Below, one piece after another: positions 20,401-31,302 of a stretch of 64,000 bases of DNA (positions are counted from its first letter, which is position 1; the number at the start of each line of letters is the position of its first letter). The DNA lies in the IMG/VR virus record IMGVR_UViG_3300045988_080644, one strand, 5' to 3'. The translations under genes and the position numbers were made by a program. Under the pieces are notes generated by a model. That model had not been told where the DNA came from and made no database searches. It saw nothing but the letters and a program-made list of their open reading frames with translations. This DNA is from a virus.

Positions 20401-21488
20401 AAGAAAAGTGGGATGAAATAAATAAAATGGCTGAAATGGCTGAATTATGGCAAATAAGAAAGGCTTATGGTACCGCTCAACACTCAATTTGGAAAAGTAA
20501 TGGCGACTATTTTTTAAGAGAGGGTAAATATGATGTAAATCCTTCTGCATCTTTTGATCTTCCAAATGGATTTTTTATTAATTTATTAAATTTTGGCACT
20601 AATTAGACTTATATATCAAAGACGAATGATACTAATAACGCCCTTAGAGATAAAATATTTTCAAATAATGAGGGTTTTTAGGATAATAATATATATGCTC
20701 AGTTAGTATTTAATTATGGAGGTGATATTCATTTATTAAATGATTATATTAATATATCTGCTAGAGGTAATAATATTTAGTTAAAGACCGCTTTACAAGA
20801 TCTTGCCAGTAAATGGGCAGGATGGTTAGCTAATACATATGTATTAAATTAGTCTAATATAGTTTCTAGTTTACAATTAAACGAATTAATTTATTCTAAT
20901 TCAGTAACTACTTTTACCAAAGATATTGTTTATTGTACGAAGATAGCAAGTGATAATAGCTAGTTATTATTAAATAATTATGACTATAGTAAATATTTAG
21001 AATAGATACAAAAACATAGTAATAATACTTCCAATGCCAATATTACTATACAATTTAATAATGTGATTAAAAATATTCCTATACAGATTTAGCTAAAATC
21101 CTTAATACCAGTAAGACCACAGCAATCTTAGAATATCACAATAAAACCTTTTGCTGATAGAACTTTTGATAATGTTTATATATCTAATATATCTGCAAAT
21201 AATTTATACTGTATTCAGAATGATACAATGATACCTATTAATAATAATTAGGAAGTATATGCATTAACCAATTATAGTGAGTCTAAGGCTGTTTTCTCAG
21301 AAAACAAATGTAAATTTTCTATACCTAAAACCTTTACGTATCAAGATGAATCTTTGATTCCTAAAAAATCTTCTCCCGCAGGTATTTAGTTATATTCTTA
21401 GAAATTTGTAGGATCAGGCTGGGGTGGAGCTATAAAAGATTTACTTATTTCAGATACAATACTAGTTGAGGCTAAGCATGTTAAATGA
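17412..21488 (+). CDS. giant tail/virion structural protein (1358 aa)
   Basis: ATG 17412; track fragments 17568, 18816 and 20184 all share frame 0. I read the gaps (18048-18815, 19002-20183, 20607-21488) and found only TAG in frame. The gene ends at TGA 21486-21488. Confidence 0.75.
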
Positions 21489-24400
21489 TGAGTGATATAA
21501 TAAGTTTTAATGTACAAACTAAGATATTACCTACTAAAGGTAACTTAGTGTATGAGTACAATCCATTTAGAAATTACAGACTAACCTAGATTAAATATGA
21601 ATATTAGGAGTAGTTATATACAGAATAGGAATTAGAAGATAATTTTAATATTTTTATAGATAAGACATATGAAGTAGTACCAAATGCAACGTTGGAGGGG
21701 GATAAAAAGATAGAACTTATAGACAGTCCTGCTATAAATGTATCAATAACTGCATTTAAAGATGGCTCTTACAGACGACATTTCAAAATTGAAGGTAGAG
21801 ACTCTTCTAATAATCCTGTAACTGATGAATGTGGTAATTATTTGCCAGATGGAACTCCTGCAGTTGCATGGGTAGTACGATATAATAATAACCAATATTG
21901 GGAAGATGATTTTCTTGGTAATATAAATTCATTATTTACATATACTATAGGCACCTAGTGGCTTAAGAAGACTATCATTGAGGGTAAAGAAATTTACGAA
22001 CCTCTTACTGAAAATTTACCTATCTTACATGAAAAAGGAGAATTAGTAGATTTTGTAACAGATGAATTAAAATTTGACTTAAAACATCCAGTAAATATTG
22101 TTCCTTAGTATAGTTATGATGGCTCTGTCAACTTAATTATTAACGATGGTATAAATACCCCTAAACTAATTAATAGTAGGTTTAGTGCTACAGGTAAAAA
22201 TACTTATGAGATAATAGATAGAAAAGGTAATAATGACACCAATATTTATGATTAGGGAGACTAGTTTGAGATAGATACTTCATTATATAAAAGAGTAATT
22301 AGTATCCCTAAATTATCTTATGAGGGCACATCTTCGGGTGGTAATCTTAAAGTTGGTAATTATCATTTTTATATTAAATTATCTGATGCAGATGGTAATG
22401 AAACAGATTTTGTTGCTGAATCAGGATTAGTCAGCGTATTTATAGGATTTGGTAATCCTGATAGTTTAACTACAGGTGTCAAAAACTAGAATAGTTTTAA
22501 GACAGTAAATCTATATTTATCTAACATAGATCCAGCTTATGATTATCTATATGTTTATTATTCTAGATATACTGCGGAATAGGATGAAAACTTTAATACC
22601 GAATACATAAAAATAGATAAGAAATTTGTAGTATCTAATTAGGGTACTTGTAATATAAGTATTAATGGATATGAACCTACTATATCTATAACTGCTACAG
22701 ATATTAATGACACTTTTGAAATAGTAGATGCTGCTAAGGCGTAGGTTTCTTGTCAAAATATGTTATTTTTAGGTAATGTACATAAACCTGAAATACCTTA
22801 TAAAGAATTGTCTGATTTATCTTTACACTTTTTGCCTTATTTAAGGAATAAAGATTATGAATGTAAATTTGATTAGAATTATAACATAAATACTTCATCT
22901 TTAGGTTATTGGGATTCCCAGTATATTTATAATTATGTAGGATATTGGAATAACGAGTTCTATAGACTTGGAATAGTTTATATACTGCCTAATGGTGAAT
23001 TAACTCCTGTATTTAATATTAGAGGATGCAGCAATATAGTTGAGTATAATTCAGATCTTAATTTATACTCAGATATACCATTATATCTTAATAATAAACG
23101 TAATTACGTTAATTATAATGAAACAGATTACTAGTTAATAGCTACTAATACTAGAAACAAAGAGTTAAAATCTACAGCTCTTAATGAGAACGTTAAAGGA
23201 GTAATTAAATTTCAATCTGATAAAGATGCTGATACTATACATAGTTTAGATATTAGAATTAATAATGAAGCTATGTAGGAACTAAAGAAGTATGTTAAAG
23301 GATTTTTCTTTGTTCGTCAAGCTAGAATCCCAACTATATTAGCTCAAGGTATTACATTAGGACTAGATTAGAACTCTTATACTCCAACTATACCAACAGC
23401 AGGAGGTTTATTAGAATAGTTATCTGATTCTTTGGATAAAACTTATGTAACTACAGAAGATATTAATGATGTAAATTATGTTTCTGAGGGGTTCTTATCT
23501 AGATATTAGTTTAAGTTTAAAAAGAAATCATCTGGCTTATGGGGTAAAATAGGTAAAATAGCTGCTATTACAGCTGGAGTTGTAGCTTTAGGCGCAGCTA
23601 CAGTATTTACTGCAGGAGCTGCTGGAGCATTAGTTGCTGGATCGACATTAGCTGGAGCAGTTACGGCTGGTAGTACTGCTTTAGGAGGAATCCTAGTTGC
23701 CGGAGGAACTGTAACCACAGGACTAGGATTAGCTACTGGAGTGGCGGGAGCTTCTGCAATTATAGCTGTAGGAGCGGGAACTGCAGCAGGATTGATAACA
23801 GCTGCAATTGCTACAGGTCAGGAAATTAAATATGGTATTTAGACTTGGTAGCATAAAAAACTAGATGGAAGAAATACTAAATGTCCTAAGGGGTATAAAA
23901 TAGCTGAATTAGATGAGTCTAGAAAAGTAGGAGGAGATTTCGAAAATAGAATTATAATTAAAGACAGTTCTAAGAATAAAACATAGGTTATTTTATGTCC
24001 TGATTTTGAAGTAAATCAAGCTTATTTTAATTAGTTATTTACTGGTAATGAACATTTGATAGAATCTACAAAAGCTTAGGGAAATAACTTATTATTGGGA
24101 CATAGTTCTAATTATTTTTCAGAGGATGTAATTAATAACTATAGACATTATTATATGCCTGATTACTATGATACTAATTCTAGTATATCAGGAACTTATA
24201 AATTAATTAGTGTCCCTGAAGATGTTAAATGTGTAGGATTAGATAATCTAAAGTTTAGAAGTAGGGCTGGATACGCAGAAGAAGCTTGGCGATATGAATC
24301 TGTGGGTGATGAGTATAAAACACAAAATGATAAAAATAATAAATCAGAAACTGATGAAGAAACAATAAGTAATAAGTAGACTAATTCCGATATAGTGAGA

Positions 24401-27400
24401 GGTATTTACGGAGCTTATTTAGGAGTAGCCAATACTTCAGATAAATTAACTCCTGCAACTACTGTGAATATTTATATACCTAAATATGATAGTAGCAATA
24501 CACTTAAGTATATTTAGATAAGAATGGATGATAACTCTACATATTCTGCTATTACAGATAGAATTGATATATCAGAGTCTGATAATTATTTAGTAACTAA
24601 AAAATCCTAGTTAGTTAATGATTCTACTGACTTTTACAAAGAGGGATATTAGTTTTCTGCATTTAGGGGAGATTGTTATATATGTCAATTTACTCATAGG
24701 GTCATAAGAAACTTTAACTCTCCTTCTGCTCCTTATAATGATGAGATTGTTGATGAAAATACTTGGAGGGATAATTATAATCCATCTAAAACGGAGAGTT
24801 ATGAGAACATAAATTTAGGAGACGTTAATGCTGTTTAGTTAGGTATGTGGGTGACCTTTAGAGTACGTTCATCCTACAATTTAAATATACGTACTTTAGA
24901 TAGTTCTAATGTTGATGAAAAACAAATGACAGGACACTCCAGAGGTTATTTCCCATATACTCCTATGAGTGTGGAAGGCACATATAAAATTCCAGAATCA
25001 CACATTTATAATAAGGGATTTAGTAAATCTTTAAGTGATAGATGGAATAATCTATTGCCTGATGTTCCTTATATTAAGAATTGGTTTGGAACACGTATTA
25101 TGTATTCCGATATTCATATTAATGATGCATATAAGAATGGTTATAGAGTATTTAGAAAGACTAATAGTGTTGATTATACTAGAGAATATGGGGAAATAAC
25201 TAAGTTAATCTCGTTAAATTCCAATTTATTAATTATATTTGAACATGGAATTGCAGTTGCTCCAGTTAATTAGACAGCAGCTCAATAGGTATCAGGATAG
25301 CTTGTAGCCACTTCTAGAGTGCTCCCAGAGACCCCAACTATCATTTCTGATATGTTCGGTAGTCAATGGGCAGATAGTATTCTGAAGACTCCTGGAAAAA
25401 GAGGAGTCAGCACTTAGTATGTATATGGAGTAGATACTGTAGCTAAGAAGATTTGGAAGACTGATGGAAATTCTCTAACTTGTATTTCAGACGTTACAGT
25501 ACAAGAATTTCTGAATAATAATATTACTCTTGGAGAAAGAGAGACTACACCTACATTAGGAGTTCGTAATGTAAAAACTTGTTACAATTCTTACAAAGGA
25601 GATGTAATGTTTACTTTCTATGATAATATTACTGGTTTCTAGGAGAAAGTATGGAATTTATGTTATAATGAGTTGCTAGATAAGTTTATTACATTCTACA
25701 GTTGGGTTCCTAGTTTTATGGAGAATATAAATAATATACCATTCTCATTTAATAGAGAAACGTCTAAGTGGATAGCTAAACTAGGTACAAGTCACTCTAC
25801 TAGTTCTTTTGCAGATGGCATTACTTTAACTAATGTAGTATTTGATCCTACTTTAGATGAGAGAGTATAGAATATATCAGTACCTATTAGTTATTTAACT
25901 AAGAATGGAACTTATAAAACTACTTATGGAACAGTAATGACAACAAGTTATTTTGTAGGTATATTACAATTATCTAATAGAGTAATTCCTAATTATAATG
26001 TACCATATGATATTAGTTATGAACTATGTAGAGATATTTATGGTAATTATAAGAATTTTACTTTACAGAAGCTAAAATTTACTAATTCTGAAGGAGAAAT
26101 GTAGGAGTCATTTCCTTTAAGTAATGTAGGAGATGCCTTGTTCCCAACTCACGATGTCTCTGTATATGGCTTATATATAAATCCTAAATCACCATTGTAT
26201 ACAAGAGATTTAATGGATGAGACTGGAGTTCAAAAGGTCTATTTAACTACTAAGGATGAAGAGCATAACAAAATAAGTAGTGTATTTATACATAAAGATA
26301 TGAGGGCTATGTTACTTTCTGAACTCTACTATAGAAATAAAAAGAACCATGCTTATGCTGATACAGATGTAAATAAGTGGGAGCCTAATACTAAAGAAAG
26401 TATAGACATTGCGGAGTAGCAGTTAACTGCTGTTGACATATAGGGTGTGACTTCTGACAACTGTTTAGAAAAATTTAAAGAAACAAAGGCATATGAAATT
26501 ATTAATAATTTATATAATTAGTATGGTAAGTTATCAGCTTAGATAGAAGTATCTAATGATGTTTAGTTATCTAAATCTACTAATATTATGTCTATGTATT
26601 TTAAATGGAAAGAATTAGTTTCCTACTCTGATAATATGTTTAAGTATAATGATAGTCCTATACAAACTTATATAGTTCATGCACAAACTATTACTTATTC
26701 AGAATTAATTCATACTAATGCTCCTATATTCAAGAATTTGCAGGGTAAAAGAGAAATGTTACCTAAAGATAAATAGATAAATCCTGATACCATAGTTAAA
26801 TTATTAAATATCAGAGCTACTGTTAATGCTACCATACCTAATTCTGAACAAACACTAGAAGATTACTATTATAATAAAGTAGCTAGTTATAATGTAGCTA
26901 CTTATGAATCTACCGTTGCAATTATTCCTAAATGGAATATGCAGTTCTTAAGTACTGATTTCTGGAAACATGGCTAGGCAGGTTCATTTGATATAGCAGA
27001 TGACATATATCCATGTTATTGGTATGGTAAATAGCATCCATTTGAATTTGAGTTTATTGTAGTTAATGATCCTAGTGTTCATAAGATATTTACTAATTTG
27101 GAATTGATAGCTAATAAAGCAAAACCTGAATCTTTTCATTATGAAGTAATAGGAGAGGCTTATGATTTTGCAAAAGATAAACCAAATATGTATTTTAGAC
27201 AAGAAGCTATGAAAGCTCTTTGGCAATACAATGGTTGTGATATTGAGTATAATAGTGACTTCCTGAAGATTTAGACTAGACAATAGAACAAGTCAGCAGA
27301 TTTACCACATAATTATTTTGCAAGAGCTAAGTATATTAATGAAGTAGAAGACAGTTATATAATGGCTTAGGTAGGAAAACATGATTATAGACACTTATCT

Positions 27401-28042
27401 GGAGGTGAAATTGTGTATTATCCGAATAGATAGGAGTTCAGAGTTTGGAATCACGTTCCTGCTATTGATGTTGATGATTAGTCTGATACTTCAGCTTCTT
27501 CTTTTGGGGGAAGAGGTTTAATGGCTTCTAATATGCGTTATCTTGAGGATAGATGGAAAGTATAGATAAATCCTTTACTGATTACTTATAAAAATGAGTA
27601 TGAAAGAAAGGATTCTACTAAGGCTTTATGCACTCCAGAAAACTCTACTTGGAAAGATGGAGCAGGCACTAGAGCTGGGGATAAACTACCTCCATTACCT
27701 TTATATAATTCACCTATTCCAGATGCAGTAAAAGAAAGAGGTGAAATAGCAATTCCTGGATATTCTTCTTCTGTATTGACTGGATATTCAGAAACCACTG
27801 AGGGTAGGGATAATGCAATGTATAATTTATATAAAGTAGATTTCGAGAATGGAATACACCCATTTGATACATCTTCTTGGTTAGATGATGTGAATATTTA
27901 TAAGTATAATTTTGGAAGTGCTCAAAATAGAAAGGAAACTGATATGAGAGATAAATTCATAAAGATTAGAATTAGATATTCAGGTAAAGAACTAGCAATA
28001 ATTGATTTTATAAATACTATATATCAAGTTAGTTATGCATAA
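21485..28042 (+). CDS. giant tail/virion structural protein (2185 aa) with internal Gly/Ala-rich hydrophobic segment
   Basis: ATG 21485 overlaps the upstream TGA. Track fragments 21692, 24095, 24845, 25673, 26138, 26588 and 27776 all share frame 2. The gaps I read contain only TAG, and the gene ends at TAA 28040-28042. Confidence 0.7.
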
Positions 28043-29630
28043 AAAAATAAGACTAATATAGAAAGGTTAGGCAGGATTTCAGTTTGTATAGTAGGGATTA
28101 GTTGGAGGATTAGTCCCTACTACAGCTGGTTCTGTATTAGATTAGAATACTATAAATGCTATCAATTAGCAATAGACTAATATATGGAAAGTACAACAAG
28201 ATGAACAGGCTAAGATAAGATAGTAGCAAATAAGTTAGAATTATTAGACAGCTTCTAATGCTTTAAATCCCATCTCTTCAGGGTTAACTAATTTTGGCAT
28301 AATGTCCGGTAATTATACAATGGCTAATCTAGGTTAGTTAGGAGGCTCTCTTAGCAGTGGTCTTTAGTTAATGTCTAATTGGAAAAGTCTATCTAATTAG
28401 GACAAAGCGACGGGAGTAGCTGGAATTGGTGGTCAAGCAGTAGATACTTTAGATAATATGTTCTTTGGTAAATAGCATGCTAAAGATTCAGGTTTAACTA
28501 AAGGATTAAATAATGCTTATGATTCTATATCTAATGCTGCAATGATGTTTTCTCCTGTAGGAACTATTTTTGGAGGTGCTATGAAAGCTGGAAAATTTAT
28601 AGGAGATGGATTATCTGCATTAGGAATAGGAACTGATTAGATGACTACTACTGATAAAATATTAGATAGTAGCTTTATGAAACTTACTCCTGCTAGTTGG
28701 GCTAATGACATGTTTGGAAAAACGACACAATAGTTTTCATCTAATAAAAAAACTATTGAAAAAGTTGGCAGAGATTATACAGATTCTGTAAATACTATAG
28801 AGGATGCAGTTTCTAAAGCAGATAAAAAGTATGGTTTATTTAGTAATGGTGCTAGAAACCGAGCTAATAGACTTATTGATACAGCTAGAGCTCAATAGAA
28901 TATTATGACTAATATATCTAATGAATATCAAGATTAGTTAGCTAATAAATCATATTTAGCTTATACTAGATATGGATAGGATATTAATGGTGGCATACAA
29001 CAATAGTATTTAAGAGCTGCTAAACACGGTGCTATTTTATAGAGAATTAATCTAAGAAAACATAGAAAAGGTGGTTAGCTTAAAGATAAAATAGATATAG
29101 AAGTTAAATAGGAATAGTGGCAACCTATAATTAATCTTGAATATCCAGAAGTATCTAAATTGAAAGAAGGAGGATAGTTAGAAGAATCTAAAGAGTGGAC
29201 TCCTATAATTAGTTTAGATATATAGAAGTTAGAAGAAGGTGGTAAAACTGATAAACCTAAACAAGAATCAGATAAGATTGAGGAAACTAATTAGAAAAAT
29301 GTTATTCCTGAAGGTGCTTTACATGCTCATAAGCATCATATGGAAAATGCGGAAGATTTAACTAAGAAAGGTATACCAGTAGTTGATAATAATGGTGAAC
29401 AACAAGCTGAGATAGAACGTAACGAAATTATTTTCTCCTTAGAAGTAACTAAGTAGTTAGAAGATTTACATAAAAGATATTAGGGATATACTAATACTTA
29501 GAAAGAGAAAGATGAACTAGCTATTGAAGCTGGAAAGTTACTTGTTTATGAAATTCTACATAATACAGAAGACAGGACTGGTTTAATTAAAGAATGCAAG
29601 AAAGGAGGTACACTAGATGGGAATAAGTGA
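28035..29630 (+). CDS. virion/ejection-type protein (531 aa) with Gly-rich hydrophobic region and K-x-G-G repeats
   Basis: ATG 28035 overlaps the end of the previous gene by 8 nt. Frame 0 was read through to TGA 29628-29630 with only TAG interruptions. The N-terminus is MHKKIRLIQKGQAGFQFVQQGLVGG. Confidence 0.65.
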
Positions 29631-30216
29631 TTTATTTGTATCCTATAATTAGGTATAGGCTCCTTCTTACTTAGAGTCTCCTTAGATAGAATATACTCCA
29701 ATAGGAGAAGAATTAACTAATTAGGAAAATTTAGATAGAATTTAGTCTAGAAATTAGAAAAAAGAAGGATTTGCAGGATGGAATCCTTTGGAGTAGACTG
29801 TTCAAGAAGTGCCTGATGATAGAACTCCTACAGGTAATTAGATAGTTAATTTCTTTATGAATAAGGGGTTGACTAAAAATTAGGCTAAGGGTATCTATGG
29901 TAATATTATGTAGGAGTCAGGAGGTAAACATAATATAGTTTCTAGAGATGGACATAATTCTTATGGTCTAGCTTAGTGGACAGGCACCCGTAAGGCAAGA
30001 TTATTTAGTAAATATGGTACAAACCCAACTGTTAATTAGTAGTTAGAGTATTTATGGAGTGAATTAAATAGTACAGAAAAGGGTGCTTTAAATGCTCTTA
30101 GAAATACTTCTACTGTAGAAGATGCAACTAAAGTATTTATGTAGAAATTTGAGAGACCCGCTAATTGGGCGGCTAATTTTAAAAATAGGCTTAAACATGC
30201 TAATTCTGTTGCGTAA
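29617..30216 (+). CDS. phage tail lysozyme-type peptidoglycan hydrolase (PF18013-like)
   Basis: ATG 29617 is preceded by AGAAAGGAGGTA (29599-29610). ...KGIYGNIM-Q-ESGG...SYGLA-Q-WTGTRKARL...QLEYLWSELN...ATKVFMQKFERPA matches the Phage_tail_lysozyme pattern. The two conserved Q are TAG 29911-29913 and TAG 29974-29976. Confidence 0.8.
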
Positions 30217-30839
30217 TGGATAAGAAAAGAATAATTATAGGAGACAAACAATATACTGTAGAAATAGCTAAAACTGAAGAAGATAGAAAGAAAGGACTTC
30301 AAGATAGAGAATAGTTAGCACCTGATGAAGGAATGTTATTTATTTGGTCTGAATAGTAGCCAGTTATAGAGATGTGGATGAAAAATACTAAAATTCCACT
30401 TGACTAGATAGCTATTAATGATGACGATGAAGTAACTGCAGTATGTAAAGCTTAGCCTGAAGATGAGACATTACATCCATTTCCTAATGCTAAATATATA
30501 CTTGAAGTAAACTAGAATTCAGGTATAGAAGAAGGAGATGATTTTGAGTTTGATGAATCTGATGATCCTAATAAATATGTAATGAAGGTACTTGCTCCTG
30601 ATGGTTCAACTCAGATGGATCTATAGGGTGGAGAACGTATATTTAGTAGAATTTCTACAAAATAGATGATTACTTGGGCTAAAAAGGCGGAAGCTAATAA
30701 AGATAATAAGGAGTTATTTAATAAGTATTGTAAGAGGCTTGGCAAGAGAATGTTTAAGGAATTATATGCTCAAGACCACAGAGAACCAGAATATGTAGAT
30801 GCTCCTGAATCTAAGAAAGATTAGAACGATAAAAAATAA
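30216..30839 (+). CDS. DUF192 (COG1430)-like protein
   Basis: TAATG-coupled ATG 30216. ...RKKGLQDREQLAPDEGMLFIW...MWMKNTKIPLDQIAI... is the DUF192 core pattern. The gene ends at TAA 30837-30839. Confidence 0.7.
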
Positions 30840-30872
30840 ATAATTACATAAGTCATCAAAATTATTTGCATT

Positions 30873-30934
30873 TTAGATAATTAATATGTACTGTTGAAAT
30901 ACATAATATTATTAGATAATTAACTAGTTAATTA
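30873..30934 (+). promoter_or_regulatory. intergenic repeat/palindrome cluster (possible operator or promoter)
   Basis: TTAGATAATTAA occurs twice (30873-30884 and 30912-30923). The second copy runs into a perfect 18-bp palindrome TAATTAACTAGTTAATTA (30917-30934), 20 nt before ATG 30954. Confidence 0.3.
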
Positions 30935-30953
30935 ACAAATTAAATTTAAACAC

Positions 30954-31241
30954 ATGCAATTTATTAAGAAGTTTCAAGAAGGTGGAGCTGCTCCAGCACC
31001 AGAGGCTGCTGCTCCACAGTAGGGTGGTGAAGACCCAACAGCTATGTTGATGCAAGGTGCTCAGCAAGCAGTACAAAATCAAGATTGTCAAATCGCTATT
31101 CAGGTATGTCAAATGGTACTCGAAATGCTTGGTGGAGGTGGTGCCCCAGCAGAGGAAGGTGGACCTGAGGCAGGTGGTGCTCCACAATCAGAACCTGTTT
31201 ATCGTAGAGGTGGACGTCTTGTAAGAAGAATTTAGAAGTAA
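30954..31241 (+). CDS. small Gly/Ala/Pro-rich protein (95 aa)
   Basis: ATG 30954 is in frame with track fragment 31044-31235 across TAG 31020-31022. It reads through TAG 31233-31235 to TAA 31239-31241. Local GC is conspicuously high. The N-terminus is MQFIKKFQEGG. Confidence 0.6.
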
Positions 31242-31254
31242 TTAATTTTAAACG

Positions 31255-31292
31255 TAGGGATATATCTAGATACTCATTTAGGTATATCCCTA
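31255..31292 (+). terminator. stem-loop (terminator-like)
   Basis: Perfect 10-bp stem TAGGGATATA / TATATCCCTA with an 18-nt loop, followed by ATTTTATAAT. It lies 11 nt before ATG 31303, so it could equally be a regulatory hairpin. Confidence 0.4.
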
Positions 31293-31302
31293 ATTTTATA
31301 AT

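Noticed and set aside
23506-23718. Minus-strand ORF of 70 aa (Pro/Ala/Thr-rich). The same applies to all other minus-strand track ORFs: 1894-2175, 8002-8196, 8790-8984, 9488-9781, 10346-10648, 13778-14062, 22547-22756, 26984-27283, 27586-27798, 30036-30302, 30924-31187, 31096-31347, 36826-37023, 38755-39000, 40103-40294, 40409-40591, 48453-48635, 53058-53333, 53370-53588 and 54559-54870.
   Set aside because: Each lies antisense to a long, motif-bearing + strand reading frame. Their products are low-complexity or Ile/Leu/Phe/Ser-rich, as expected for the reverse complement of AT-rich or GC-island coding sequence. None has its own intergenic space, start context or recognisable motif.
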